Source of the DNA: a virus
Lineage: Duplodnaviria; Caudoviricetes
Length of the DNA stretch: 54,063 nucleotides
Reading direction: 5' to 3' (one strand)
IMG/VR virus record: IMGVR_UViG_3300033076_000675
Location: 1 to 54,063 of that record
Positions 8,401 to 16,879 of the stretch are shown here, one piece after another. Positions within the stretch are counted from its first letter, which is position 1. Each line of letters opens with the position of its first letter. The position numbers and the translations under genes were made by a program. Under the pieces are notes generated by a model, which saw only the letters and a program-made list of their open reading frames with translations, was not told where the DNA came from and made no database searches.

Positions 8401-11400
8401 CGCCTACCGAGGTGCTGCCTGAGGTGCAAGCTTCAATCGAAAACATCATCAAGAACTTTGCGCCGGACGTAAATACGCTTCCGCAGGCTATTCGCGCCAC
8501 GGCTAAGACTCGCGGTGTTGCGAAAACGTCTCAAGATGCCGCAAGAGCTATTGTTGCCGTGGCTCAAGGGCAGGACCTTAACACGCTGCCTAGCGGCCTA
8601 CTGGAATCCGTTGGCCTTGCTCGCACAGCTAAGGGCACTATCGAAGCCAAAGACAAAAAGATTGCGCCTTTGATCGAGTTTGAAAAGGGTCAAGCCGTCA
8701 TTCGTGATGAAGCCGTTGAATGGCTGGAACAAAACGGGCAAGACTTGCTGCGCGCTCAAATCGGCAAGACCGAGACTGAACGCCGCGCCGAAATCAACAC
8801 GCCGAAGCCCGCTAAAGCCGAGGTAACGCCAGAGCCGCAACCAGAACCCACGCCAACAAGTGAGCCGACCCCTACGCCATCGCCAGCGCAACCAGAGGCA
8901 GCACCGACTGCCGAAGTTGCACCCAAGGCTAAGAAAACGGTAAAGGAAGCCGCGCCAAAAAAGACGACGCTCTTGATTGGCAAAGGGCGCGCTGGTCCAT
9001 CGGTTAAAGCTCAGTTTGCCTCCGAAGTGGATGCCGACGCTTTTTCATACGAGGGCGCAAACAAAAATCTGACGACTGGCCGCAACCTTTCCGCCGCAGA
9101 TCAAACGCGCTTTGCCAAGCGTGCAGCCGATGTGCTGGCTAAGGTGCAAAAAGAAACTGGCATTCCAGAAGCTGAGCTTCGTCCTATCCTGGCCGATTAC
9201 AGCAAGGCAGTCCGTGAACAGGCTAAAGCCGCTAAACCCGGTGAGTCTATCACGGCTTCGACGCTGCAAGAGTTCATCGCATCAAAAACCCTCCCCCCGG
9301 CGAGCCAAGCACAGGAGGAGGGTAGCGCAGGTATTGTGACACAAGCGGGTGAGGGGTCGATCTCTCCCGTTACCGAAAGTAGTGTGACACCTGCGGAAAA
9401 CGTGTCAAGTCCTGTTATTGAGACTAAGCCTCAAGATGACGGCAAACCTTCCGGCAAAGCTGCGGTTGCTCTTGGCGTCACCAAAGACGGCAAAATCATG
9501 CGTGACGGGTATGTCGCGGCATCCGTTGCAGACCTTTCTAAAGACGAGCATAAGCGTCTTGTTGCCGCTTCTAAGGCTCTTGTGGACACACTGAGCAAAG
9601 CTGAAAAAATCAAGGGCGTGCGTATTGTCATTACCGATGATCCGAATGTTGAAACAGCGGCAGCAAACGAGGATGGCGACATTCTTATTAACCCGCGCCT
9701 TACTGCGCTCAACATCGCCAAGGCAGCCAAAGACATCAACCGCACGCCAAAAGACTTGGTGATTCATGAGCTTATCCATGAGCTTGCGGCCCAGCGTCTC
9801 CCGCGCACGTATTACACGGCACTTTGGATCAACCTGCCAGAGGCGACGAAAGAGGCGAGTTTGAACGAATATTTCCGAGGCGTGAAACCCGAAGATCGCG
9901 GCAAGATTTCAGCCCATAATGCAGGGGCGGAGTTCTTTGCGCAGATTATCGAAGCGCGTCTCAAGGGCGAGCTTGCAAGCCAAGTTTGGGATTCCCCCAC
10001 GCTGACTGAGCAAGTGTTGACCATGCTGCGTGAATACATCGCGGCTTTGCGTGACCTTGCGGGACTCATCACTGATCCAGAGATTCGCGGTTACGTGAAC
10101 AACGCGGCGGATGCGGTGGAATCGGATGTTCGGGCGGCTTTGAAAGAGGCTGGTATTGAAGAGGATTTCCTTGGTGCTCCACCGATTACACAATCATTTC
10201 CGCTACGTCCTACCATTTCCAATCAAGACGCAGAGGAAGTAATTGCTAGTAGGCTTTATGCGCCAGACGCAGCAACCCCTTCTCCAATCGGGCCAGAATC
10301 CGACATTGAAGCTCCTAGCGATGCTGCCGACCAAGAAAACGTGCGGCAGACGCTAGAAGATATGGAAGCCTACGAGGACTTGCGCAACGATGCAGCAGCC
10401 ATGAAAGCGTTGCAGAAGCAAGTGCTTGCCCAGGGTGCGGGCGAGATGACGCCAGATCCAAAGAATCGCGCTTTGATGGGACTAACGCCTGAAACTAGAG
10501 CGGCACAACAAGCCGCGCTTGTGGCTCAGACTATTAACGGTATCGAGATTCAGCGTCATGCGGATGTGTTTGCGCGGGCGCGTGAAGCGGTGGCGACCAA
10601 TCGTGCAGCCGTAGAAAAGCAGTTGTTCGACAAGATCGAAGCTGACGCTCTTTTTGATGCCGATGACATTGCAATGGCGCAGCAAATCACGGAAAGAATG
10701 CAGCGTGAAATAACGCTCAATCCCGACGATGCCGCGCTCTACAATCGTTATCTGACGCTGACGAACTATTGGGCAGACAATAAGACGAACGTAGCCCGCT
10801 CCCTTGCTATCATGCGTGACCCGCAGCAGACGCCGCTTGAGCGTATGCGGCAGTCTATCGCAGTTGTCGGCATCCCGCCTTTAAAGGTGCGTATGCAGAT
10901 TCGTGCTGCATGGACGCCAAGACAAAAGGCGGCGGAGATTGCAGCCCTTGAGAAGCAAATTGCTAACATCGAGAACGATGCGCAGGTGAAGCTGTTGGAT
11001 GTGGAATCTGAAAAACAGCAGACCATCGCAAAAATGAAAGCAGAGCTTGATGCGGCTATTGCAGCCGTTGAAGCACGCCCTAGTAAAGACGAAATTCTCG
11101 CCTCTTACATCGAAGAAAACAAGCGTCTCCAAGCCGAAGTGCTGAAAAGCATGAACTTGTCTAATGACGACGTGATGCTGAATCCAGAAGATCGTTACGC
11201 AGTGCGTCAGGCGATGATGGAATCTGATGGCGTTAAGGCGGCAATGGCTAAGTTCAGCCCTGAACAGAAAGCAGCCGTCAACCTTGCTCTCAACGGTTAT
11301 TCTGACGTGGAAATCTCCAAGCGCACAGGATTTAAGCCGGAAGAGGTTGCTAAGGTGGCCGAAAACTTCCGTCAGAACATCTTGAAGCCTGCGATTGCAG

Positions 11401-13712
11401 CCGAGGTGAAGAAAGGGCGCACGTTTGCATTACTGCTTGAAAGCGGTTTGAACAAGATTCGCCAGTTGCTTCGCGCTCCTGCCGTTGACCAGTTCGGCAA
11501 CCTTGTCGGCACGGGTGAAATTAACACGCCAAACGCTGCCGCAATCGCTGCGGAGATTGACCGCATCTTAGACTTTACGATGCAGCCAGCCCGCCGCCGC
11601 AATCGGCCAAACTCGCTAGTTGCCAAGGTGGTTCAGCTTCCAAACGGGCAAAAGGTGCGAATGTTCATTCCGTTTGATCCTGATGACGCTCGCGCCTTTT
11701 ATCGCTACGCCCGCGAGATGTCAACCCGTGATGCATCCGCCTTCGATAAGGTGTATGAATACTGGATTAACGGCATTCTTTCCGGCCCACAGACGCAGGT
11801 GGCTAACATCGCTGGCAACGCTTTACAAATCGCGTGGAACTACACCGCCCAGCGTAGCGCAGAAGCCCTGCTGAACATTGCTTACCGCGACCCGAAAGGC
11901 GCAAAGCTTGGCGAGTTCCCACACGTATTTAAAGCGTTTTATCAGTCAGTGGTTCCGGCGTGGGATCAGGCTAAACTGGCATGGGATACCGAAGCGGATA
12001 ACACCCGCACGGAATACCTGAATGAGCCACTTACCGCTGATTTCAAAGACTCCAATCTTGATAAAGTGGGAGGGCAGCGTTCATCCATCCAAGGCACTAA
12101 AGGGCGCATCATTCGCATTCCTGGCCGTGCTCTCCGGTTCTTTGACTCCCTTTTCAAAACGGGCGTTTTACATGCCGAGGCTGCCGCTATAGCTTATCGT
12201 CAAGGGCGTGATCTTGGATTGAGCGGCCCGGCTCTTGAGGCGCACATGGCTACGCGCCTTGCCCAAAAAGGCAACACCGTTTGGCAGGAAGCTATGACTG
12301 TTGCCGATGATCTTCTTTTTCAATCGGACAACTGGGCAACTCAAATTGCCGATGATTTTGTTAAGCGCAAAAGCCGCGTTGACTCTCTCGAAAAAGCTAA
12401 AGCAGAAGCTGAGGCTAAGGGTGATTCTGATGCCGTGAACAAGATCCAGAAACAGATGGCCAGCGCGAAATTTGTTGCGTCCATCATGCGCTTTCTGTTT
12501 CCGTTCACTCGCACGCCAACCAATATCTTGCGCGTGGGCGTAAGAAAAGCGGGCGGTTCTGCTATCTCTGGCCTGTTCGGAGTCGCTAATGGTTTTTACC
12601 AGATGCGCAACGGTAAGCCTTGGCTCGACACAGTGGATGCCAAAGGCAACAAAATTACAGGCAGTTACAACAAGGCTGCGCAGGTTAAAGACTTGTCCGA
12701 GACGTTCTTGGCCGGGATGGCATGGGCGACGTTGGCAGGCATGGCAGAGGGAGACGATGACGACGACAAGAAGATGATTCTTATCATCGGCAACCGTCCT
12801 TATGGCGCGGCATCCGCAGGTGAAAAAGCCGAAGTCATGCGCAAGTATGGCGGGACACAGGTTGTCATTTTCCGCAATTCGGCAGGTGATGAAATCGCAC
12901 GTTTTAACTATGGGCGGTATGAACCGTTTGCCACGGCGGCTGGCGTCATTGTGGACACACTTCGAGAAATCAAGCAGGCTGGCAAAACAGAAGGCGGCGT
13001 AGATGCCGCTAAACTGGCCGGAAGCGTTGGAGCGCATCTTATTGCCCAGGCTGAATCCAAATCGTTCCTGCAAGGCTTGGCTGGCATTGCTCGCACGGTT
13101 GAGCAAGTCAGAGCGGGTCAATACGAGCCGGGTCCGGCATTGGGCAAGTCTGTCATTTCAGGAATTGTTCCTAACTTGATTCGTCAGTCCATGCGCAACA
13201 TTGACGACTACCAGCGTGATTTCAAATCGGCTGGCTGGCTGCATGAGGCATTCCCAACGGGTGACTTTGCAGAGCCTGTTATCGGCCCAGGCGGACAGCC
13301 TGTGAAGAAAGGCGGCAACCCGCTATCCCGCCTGCTTGTGCAAGTTCCGAACGCGCCTAGCAAAAAGACTGCTGAGGCCACTATCCAGCGTTACAATCTT
13401 CGCAATCCTGGCAACCGCATCGAACGGCAGCCGCTGACATCCGCGCAGTTGTTTGCTTATGGGGCAGATGGCAAGACCAAGATTCCAGTGACAGACGCCA
13501 AGGATAAACGCGCCTTTACTGAGCTTTATGAGCGCATTTACGAACAGAAGATTCGCCAAGGCATCGCTGCAAATCCGACAATCAACCTGCCAAAACCACC
13601 GCTTAAAGCCGTGTCGAGGCTAGAAGAAATCAACTCCGCCGCACTAAAAGAGACACGGGAGAGATTTTTACGCACTAAGTTGGTGCAACGGAGTCTCAAC
13701 AGTGCTAAATAA
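5427..13712 (+). CDS. giant internal virion/DNA-ejection protein (large polyvalent protein)
   Basis: 2761 aa; coiled coils, G/A-rich hydrophobic stretch, zincin-like HELIH (9765-9779) with downstream AEFFA, HTH-like segment ~11250-11375, C-terminal FPFTRTPTN/EPFAT motifs typical of podoviral ejection proteins. Confidence 0.75.
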   Translation: MASLDSLLTNPTRLRQYATRDPRVAPEQQLARVGISLNAANQAASGGTGRPTGGPAPRRGSTRSSGSGLNSLMSRYDKAYDKETQQAAKAEAKAIEDATATAGEVITAIETPTGILPAQGPSGSPYLVRKPGSSTTLQDPVSGEELVPDVTSPTGLKSITAEKAKVEADKATLRSRKETAKIYEGVQKDIAKEQEAARDEVIGEKTNQYLRQGRKYYLDRVTKEPIPLQSDEEFESEQQKKMAKLAEESRAKQLKRKVANLRIDEDTIQLERKPPTDSEYSKLKEERDTTLEILTSQGLTPDEEGLSKLAGIEGGAEIANKFKDVQFRLKAADEARYELDSIKRKRLDIERQLANPDEWEAEQQNVLQNGTEADLDERIKRDQEVAADLDETIKVESAPIIERDAQLQAELDAADTDLQNALTGDERIAAQRKRDNVLARMSAWEGEAAEAKASLNESVKLRDQRINNATAAQEVRQTKTIADRKNAIGEIAKTPFLAPVAAKIQALDEEEANRIAGIANLPPEEQENAKAIVADDMTKKRAAVDQELKYAAQTMDANLRGLYEKYGRSTRSENWLTENDPQNEGLLFNLMQDAKKVGLTEPQVRQAMEYSAALDWSNPRKLEGQGRKEVFEDVRKLPDGKITVNPRYYLDEEEYKKVVEKADATPEAKANALAIRREVAAPLAARALSELMEDPQMGKWVQENTKGTPLERLEQFNAKLKEGGALGAAYNAFRSGSGSLASSLLGGYAAVTGNETATDAAQYYAQHAQAYGMAQEAAGKGTGTLGRFAGKVVGAAPSLIPAVAIGLASGGLGLGTSASLVTSSLASGVQSMGGTYLDAYEAFKDKGYSDSEARSKALAPAIASGLITSTLTQLGGARGVESIFKAATPETVKAGLKATLANIATNASEEALEEFSDQALQGLLASATYAPEKPITQALNEAIEAGLIGMALGGGVAAVKGTGGAAPATGETQTPPATPAPEVPAAEGETAAPTEVLPEVQASIENIIKNFAPDVNTLPQAIRATAKTRGVAKTSQDAARAIVAVAQGQDLNTLPSGLLESVGLARTAKGTIEAKDKKIAPLIEFEKGQAVIRDEAVEWLEQNGQDLLRAQIGKTETERRAEINTPKPAKAEVTPEPQPEPTPTSEPTPTPSPAQPEAAPTAEVAPKAKKTVKEAAPKKTTLLIGKGRAGPSVKAQFASEVDADAFSYEGANKNLTTGRNLSAADQTRFAKRAADVLAKVQKETGIPEAELRPILADYSKAVREQAKAAKPGESITASTLQEFIASKTLPPASQAQEEGSAGIVTQAGEGSISPVTESSVTPAENVSSPVIETKPQDDGKPSGKAAVALGVTKDGKIMRDGYVAASVADLSKDEHKRLVAASKALVDTLSKAEKIKGVRIVITDDPNVETAAANEDGDILINPRLTALNIAKAAKDINRTPKDLVIHELIHELAAQRLPRTYYTALWINLPEATKEASLNEYFRGVKPEDRGKISAHNAGAEFFAQIIEARLKGELASQVWDSPTLTEQVLTMLREYIAALRDLAGLITDPEIRGYVNNAADAVESDVRAALKEAGIEEDFLGAPPITQSFPLRPTISNQDAEEVIASRLYAPDAATPSPIGPESDIEAPSDAADQENVRQTLEDMEAYEDLRNDAAAMKALQKQVLAQGAGEMTPDPKNRALMGLTPETRAAQQAALVAQTINGIEIQRHADVFARAREAVATNRAAVEKQLFDKIEADALFDADDIAMAQQITERMQREITLNPDDAALYNRYLTLTNYWADNKTNVARSLAIMRDPQQTPLERMRQSIAVVGIPPLKVRMQIRAAWTPRQKAAEIAALEKQIANIENDAQVKLLDVESEKQQTIAKMKAELDAAIAAVEARPSKDEILASYIEENKRLQAEVLKSMNLSNDDVMLNPEDRYAVRQAMMESDGVKAAMAKFSPEQKAAVNLALNGYSDVEISKRTGFKPEEVAKVAENFRQNILKPAIAAEVKKGRTFALLLESGLNKIRQLLRAPAVDQFGNLVGTGEINTPNAAAIAAEIDRILDFTMQPARRRNRPNSLVAKVVQLPNGQKVRMFIPFDPDDARAFYRYAREMSTRDASAFDKVYEYWINGILSGPQTQVANIAGNALQIAWNYTAQRSAEALLNIAYRDPKGAKLGEFPHVFKAFYQSVVPAWDQAKLAWDTEADNTRTEYLNEPLTADFKDSNLDKVGGQRSSIQGTKGRIIRIPGRALRFFDSLFKTGVLHAEAAAIAYRQGRDLGLSGPALEAHMATRLAQKGNTVWQEAMTVADDLLFQSDNWATQIADDFVKRKSRVDSLEKAKAEAEAKGDSDAVNKIQKQMASAKFVASIMRFLFPFTRTPTNILRVGVRKAGGSAISGLFGVANGFYQMRNGKPWLDTVDAKGNKITGSYNKAAQVKDLSETFLAGMAWATLAGMAEGDDDDDKKMILIIGNRPYGAASAGEKAEVMRKYGGTQVVIFRNSAGDEIARFNYGRYEPFATAAGVIVDTLREIKQAGKTEGGVDAAKLAGSVGAHLIAQAESKSFLQGLAGIARTVEQVRAGQYEPGPALGKSVISGIVPNLIRQSMRNIDDYQRDFKSAGWLHEAFPTGDFAEPVIGPGGQPVKKGGNPLSRLLVQVPNAPSKKTAEATIQRYNLRNPGNRIERQPLTSAQLFAYGADGKTKIPVTDAKDKRAFTELYERIYEQKIRQGIAANPTINLPKPPLKAVSRLEEINSAALKETRERFLRTKLVQRSLNSAK

Positions 13713-13726
13713 CGATCATCTTGCCC

Positions 13727-15823
13727 ATGTCTGAACAATTCCAGCGCATTGTTGCCTCCCTGCTAGAGTTTGGCTCTACGTCAGAGGAGAACGACTTTTG
13801 TATGCATGTCATCCGCGAGATTGACTTTCAGCGGCAAAATATGGGATGGGAGAAGGATTCTTGCTACCGCCCCGGCACGTTTTTGCACAAGCTCGACATT
13901 GCGCAGCGGAAGTATGAGCAGGACTTTGATTACCGCGCCACGGTTGACCCTCTTTTTGCAGAGTCAAACATTGCGCTTAACCCAATCCTTACGCAGGTAA
14001 ACCAGCATTCAGACAAGCTGGGCAATGATCTTTTGAGCACTCCGGCCTTTTTCACGGCCAAGCCTCAAGGCGCAGAAGATGCCACGGATGCAATCAACAT
14101 CCTCAAAGACAGGCTGATTTACCGCTCCAAAAAGATCAACCTTCACGAAGTCGGCAAAGCGGCAGCCAAAGGCGCATTCATTCGCGGGCAAGAAATCGTG
14201 ATGACTTGTTACTCTCAGAACGCCTTTTTGCGTCCGACTGAGGTCAAGGTTATCAAGGTGGATGGCAAAGTGGTGAAAGACTCGCTTGGCGTTCCGGTAT
14301 TGGATGCCGATGTGTGGATTAACGATCCTGCCAATCCAGAGGTTCTAATCCTTGAGCGCGAGATTGACTTTCCGAACAAAGTTAGGCTGCCTGCCGATGC
14401 CGTGATGCAGACAGGCAACTCAAAAGTTGTCTTGCAGCAAGTAAAAAATGATCCAGGCGCAGACGTAAAGGTGATTCACTACGGCGACTTTTTCACCGTG
14501 CTAAATGCCGAGAGCCTAGAGGCATCTTATCTCAACGGCCACGCCTTCCGCTCTAACGTTGGTGATTTACTTCTCCAGTTTCCAGAGGAAAGCCTTCTGC
14601 CCGCTGCCAAAGAATACAAGGAGCTAGACCGACTTGGCCAGTTGCCGCTTTCTAACGTCTTAGATTACACCGTCGAAGCGGATGCCCCACGCAAACGCGA
14701 CGGCGAGACAGACGACGTTGCAATGAACAACGCAGACGGTGGACAGATCGCGGGCAAGTTCAAACGCCGCTCTTTCTACTATGGCGTAATTCGCTACGAT
14801 GCCGACAAAGACGGGCATGCAGAGGATATTTACTTTATCATTGACGCCGCTGCCAAGCGCGTCCTGCACTACGAATACGCATCTTTGATGTTCCCTTGGA
14901 ATAAGGCCATTCACCCTATTCCTTACACCTGCGTCCGCATTTGGCCAAAGCTTCACCGCTGGACTGGCACAGGCATGTATGACCTGCTAGAGCCTTGGGA
15001 AATCCTTGAAGATCGAAACACTAACCGAATTGAGATTGACTCCTCAACCTCTGGCAATGTCGTTTTTGAAGATCCTACTGCCACCACGGCAGGCGTAGAT
15101 GGTCCTGGTATTCAGTTCCGCACACGGGAAGCATACGAGCTTCGCCCAGGCCGCACAAAAGACGAGGCTTTGCAGGTGACTACGGTTCAGCCTGCCAACA
15201 TTGAAATCTTTGCAGCCATGCGCGACAGTTACCGTGCTCGCATTGAACTCACTGGCGGCACGACAAGCCCGCAGGATGCTTCGACTGCCGACATTCCAGG
15301 CTCAGACACTCTCGGAGTCGCTAAGATCCTTGAGAACACCGCTAACAATGGATTACGCGCCCGTGAGTCGGAAGTCATTGTTGGCCTGACTCGCATTCTG
15401 CATTCCGTTGCCGATATTGAAGCTTGGGCTTCCGTGGAAGGCTACAACGCCGAGTTTTTGAACGCGCAGCTTGGCCCCGAAAATGCACAAAAACTTATCG
15501 AGTGGCTAAAAAGCATTGGCGAGGATTACCGCGATACTATCGAGGTCAATCTTTCCAAATCATCCAGCACGCAGTTAGTCGAAGTTAGCAAGGCTGCGAT
15601 TGACATCACGCACCAATTCTACGGTGAAAACCCGGCGGTGATGGAAACGGTGAAGCCTCTTTATACTAACATCCTAATGGCGTTCGATGTGCCGAATCCC
15701 GACGCGCTTTTGGATGTGGAAGTTGCTAAACAGGCATCCGCATTAACGCAACTTGCCGCTATCGGTGAACAGGCTCAAGCGCAGCAGGCGAAAGCACCAC
15801 AAGAAGAACAATTACCGCCATGA
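13727..15823 (+). CDS. portal protein
   Basis: ~700 aa; podoviral portal-like segments (YDADKDGHAEDIYF, PIPY..RWTGTGMYDLL, TLGVAKILEN) and Q-rich C-terminus. Confidence 0.75.
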   Translation: MSEQFQRIVASLLEFGSTSEENDFCMHVIREIDFQRQNMGWEKDSCYRPGTFLHKLDIAQRKYEQDFDYRATVDPLFAESNIALNPILTQVNQHSDKLGNDLLSTPAFFTAKPQGAEDATDAINILKDRLIYRSKKINLHEVGKAAAKGAFIRGQEIVMTCYSQNAFLRPTEVKVIKVDGKVVKDSLGVPVLDADVWINDPANPEVLILEREIDFPNKVRLPADAVMQTGNSKVVLQQVKNDPGADVKVIHYGDFFTVLNAESLEASYLNGHAFRSNVGDLLLQFPEESLLPAAKEYKELDRLGQLPLSNVLDYTVEADAPRKRDGETDDVAMNNADGGQIAGKFKRRSFYYGVIRYDADKDGHAEDIYFIIDAAAKRVLHYEYASLMFPWNKAIHPIPYTCVRIWPKLHRWTGTGMYDLLEPWEILEDRNTNRIEIDSSTSGNVVFEDPTATTAGVDGPGIQFRTREAYELRPGRTKDEALQVTTVQPANIEIFAAMRDSYRARIELTGGTTSPQDASTADIPGSDTLGVAKILENTANNGLRARESEVIVGLTRILHSVADIEAWASVEGYNAEFLNAQLGPENAQKLIEWLKSIGEDYRDTIEVNLSKSSSTQLVEVSKAAIDITHQFYGENPAVMETVKPLYTNILMAFDVPNPDALLDVEVAKQASALTQLAAIGEQAQAQQAKAPQEEQLPP

Positions 15824-16158
15824 GGAAAACACCACAACAAGTCGCAGAGGAAAGGAAAGCTCAGGAATTACGAGACAAAGAAGCTCGTAACCGCAAGGAA
15901 CTTGCCTATCGGCATCTTGCTTCTAACGATTATTTCAAAGAGTTTTGCATTGAGCTAAAAAAGGAAGCTCAGTTGGCTATTGAAGATGCGACCAAAGAAG
16001 CACGTAAACCCGCCAAAGATCGCAACAATCAGCACGTTGTTGATAAACTTCGCGAGTATGATGCCAAGGAAAACGCCGCTTCTCGCGTCTTTGACGAAAT
16101 CGCCATTATTGACAAGGAAACCATCAAGAAAGAATCCAGCAACTCCACCTTACCATGA
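15820..16158 (+). CDS. small helical protein downstream of portal
   Basis: ATGA overlap with portal; usual position of a small head-associated protein. Confidence 0.55.
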   Translation: MRKTPQQVAEERKAQELRDKEARNRKELAYRHLASNDYFKEFCIELKKEAQLAIEDATKEARKPAKDRNNQHVVDKLREYDAKENAASRVFDEIAIIDKETIKKESSNSTLP

Positions 16159-16517
16159 ACAGGCTCCCTCAATTCTATTACAACGCACGCGGCGAACAGT
16201 TTTCCAAACTGAGAGGCAACAACACGCTTTCTTCGCCAGCTACCGCTACTTCAATTATCCCGTCTTTGACTGGCTACAAAATCGCTATTTTTTGGGTGTC
16301 TTTTAGCGGAAGCGCAGCGGCCACCGTTGTTTTTAATACTGCATCGACTGCCGTTGGCTCGCCTATCCAGGTTCCAGCCGTGGCCAGCTATGAGCTAGGC
16401 AGCCCTGACAATAATATGCCAATCGTCCTTGGCAACCTTGGTGAGGCTATCACGGTTACTGGCGTTGGCTCTGCAACCGTTGGCCTGAACTTCATCTACG
16501 CTTACGTTAAAGACTAA
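16155..16517 (+). CDS. putative virion structural protein
   Basis: Beta-rich, S/T/A/V-rich. Confidence 0.5.
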   Translation: MNRLPQFYYNARGEQFSKLRGNNTLSSPATATSIIPSLTGYKIAIFWVSFSGSAAATVVFNTASTAVGSPIQVPAVASYELGSPDNNMPIVLGNLGEAITVTGVGSATVGLNFIYAYVKD

Positions 16518-16522
16518 TCGTT

Positions 16523-16879
16523 ATGCTTGTCGTCCCCGAACAATACGATTTGCAGATTACCTGCGGCATCACTTTTGAAGAGGTGACGTTTCAGTTTTTC
16601 GGGACGAACAACGTGCCGATTGACTATGATGGATGGACCATTCAGGCCACGGCAAGAGTCAGCCCTGATGATGCCGTTGTCTTGGATTTTGAGCCTGAGT
16701 GGATAGATGACACCATCGGCAAATTCAAGTTCCCTGAAATTACACCGACCAATACAAACGCCATCCTGCCAGGGGTCTATCATTACGACGTGGTGCTTAT
16801 CAGCCCAACGTCGCAGCGCAAAGGCCCCTACATTTCCGGCGAGCTTACCGTCAACAAAATCAATAGCCAGCCCTCCTAA
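16523..16879 (+). CDS. tail-fibre attachment/BppU-like Ig domain protein
   Basis: PIDYDGWTIQATAR...GVYHYDVVL...ISGELTV pattern; precedes tail fibre. Confidence 0.6.
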   Translation: MLVVPEQYDLQITCGITFEEVTFQFFGTNNVPIDYDGWTIQATARVSPDDAVVLDFEPEWIDDTIGKFKFPEITPTNTNAILPGVYHYDVVLISPTSQRKGPYISGELTVNKINSQPS

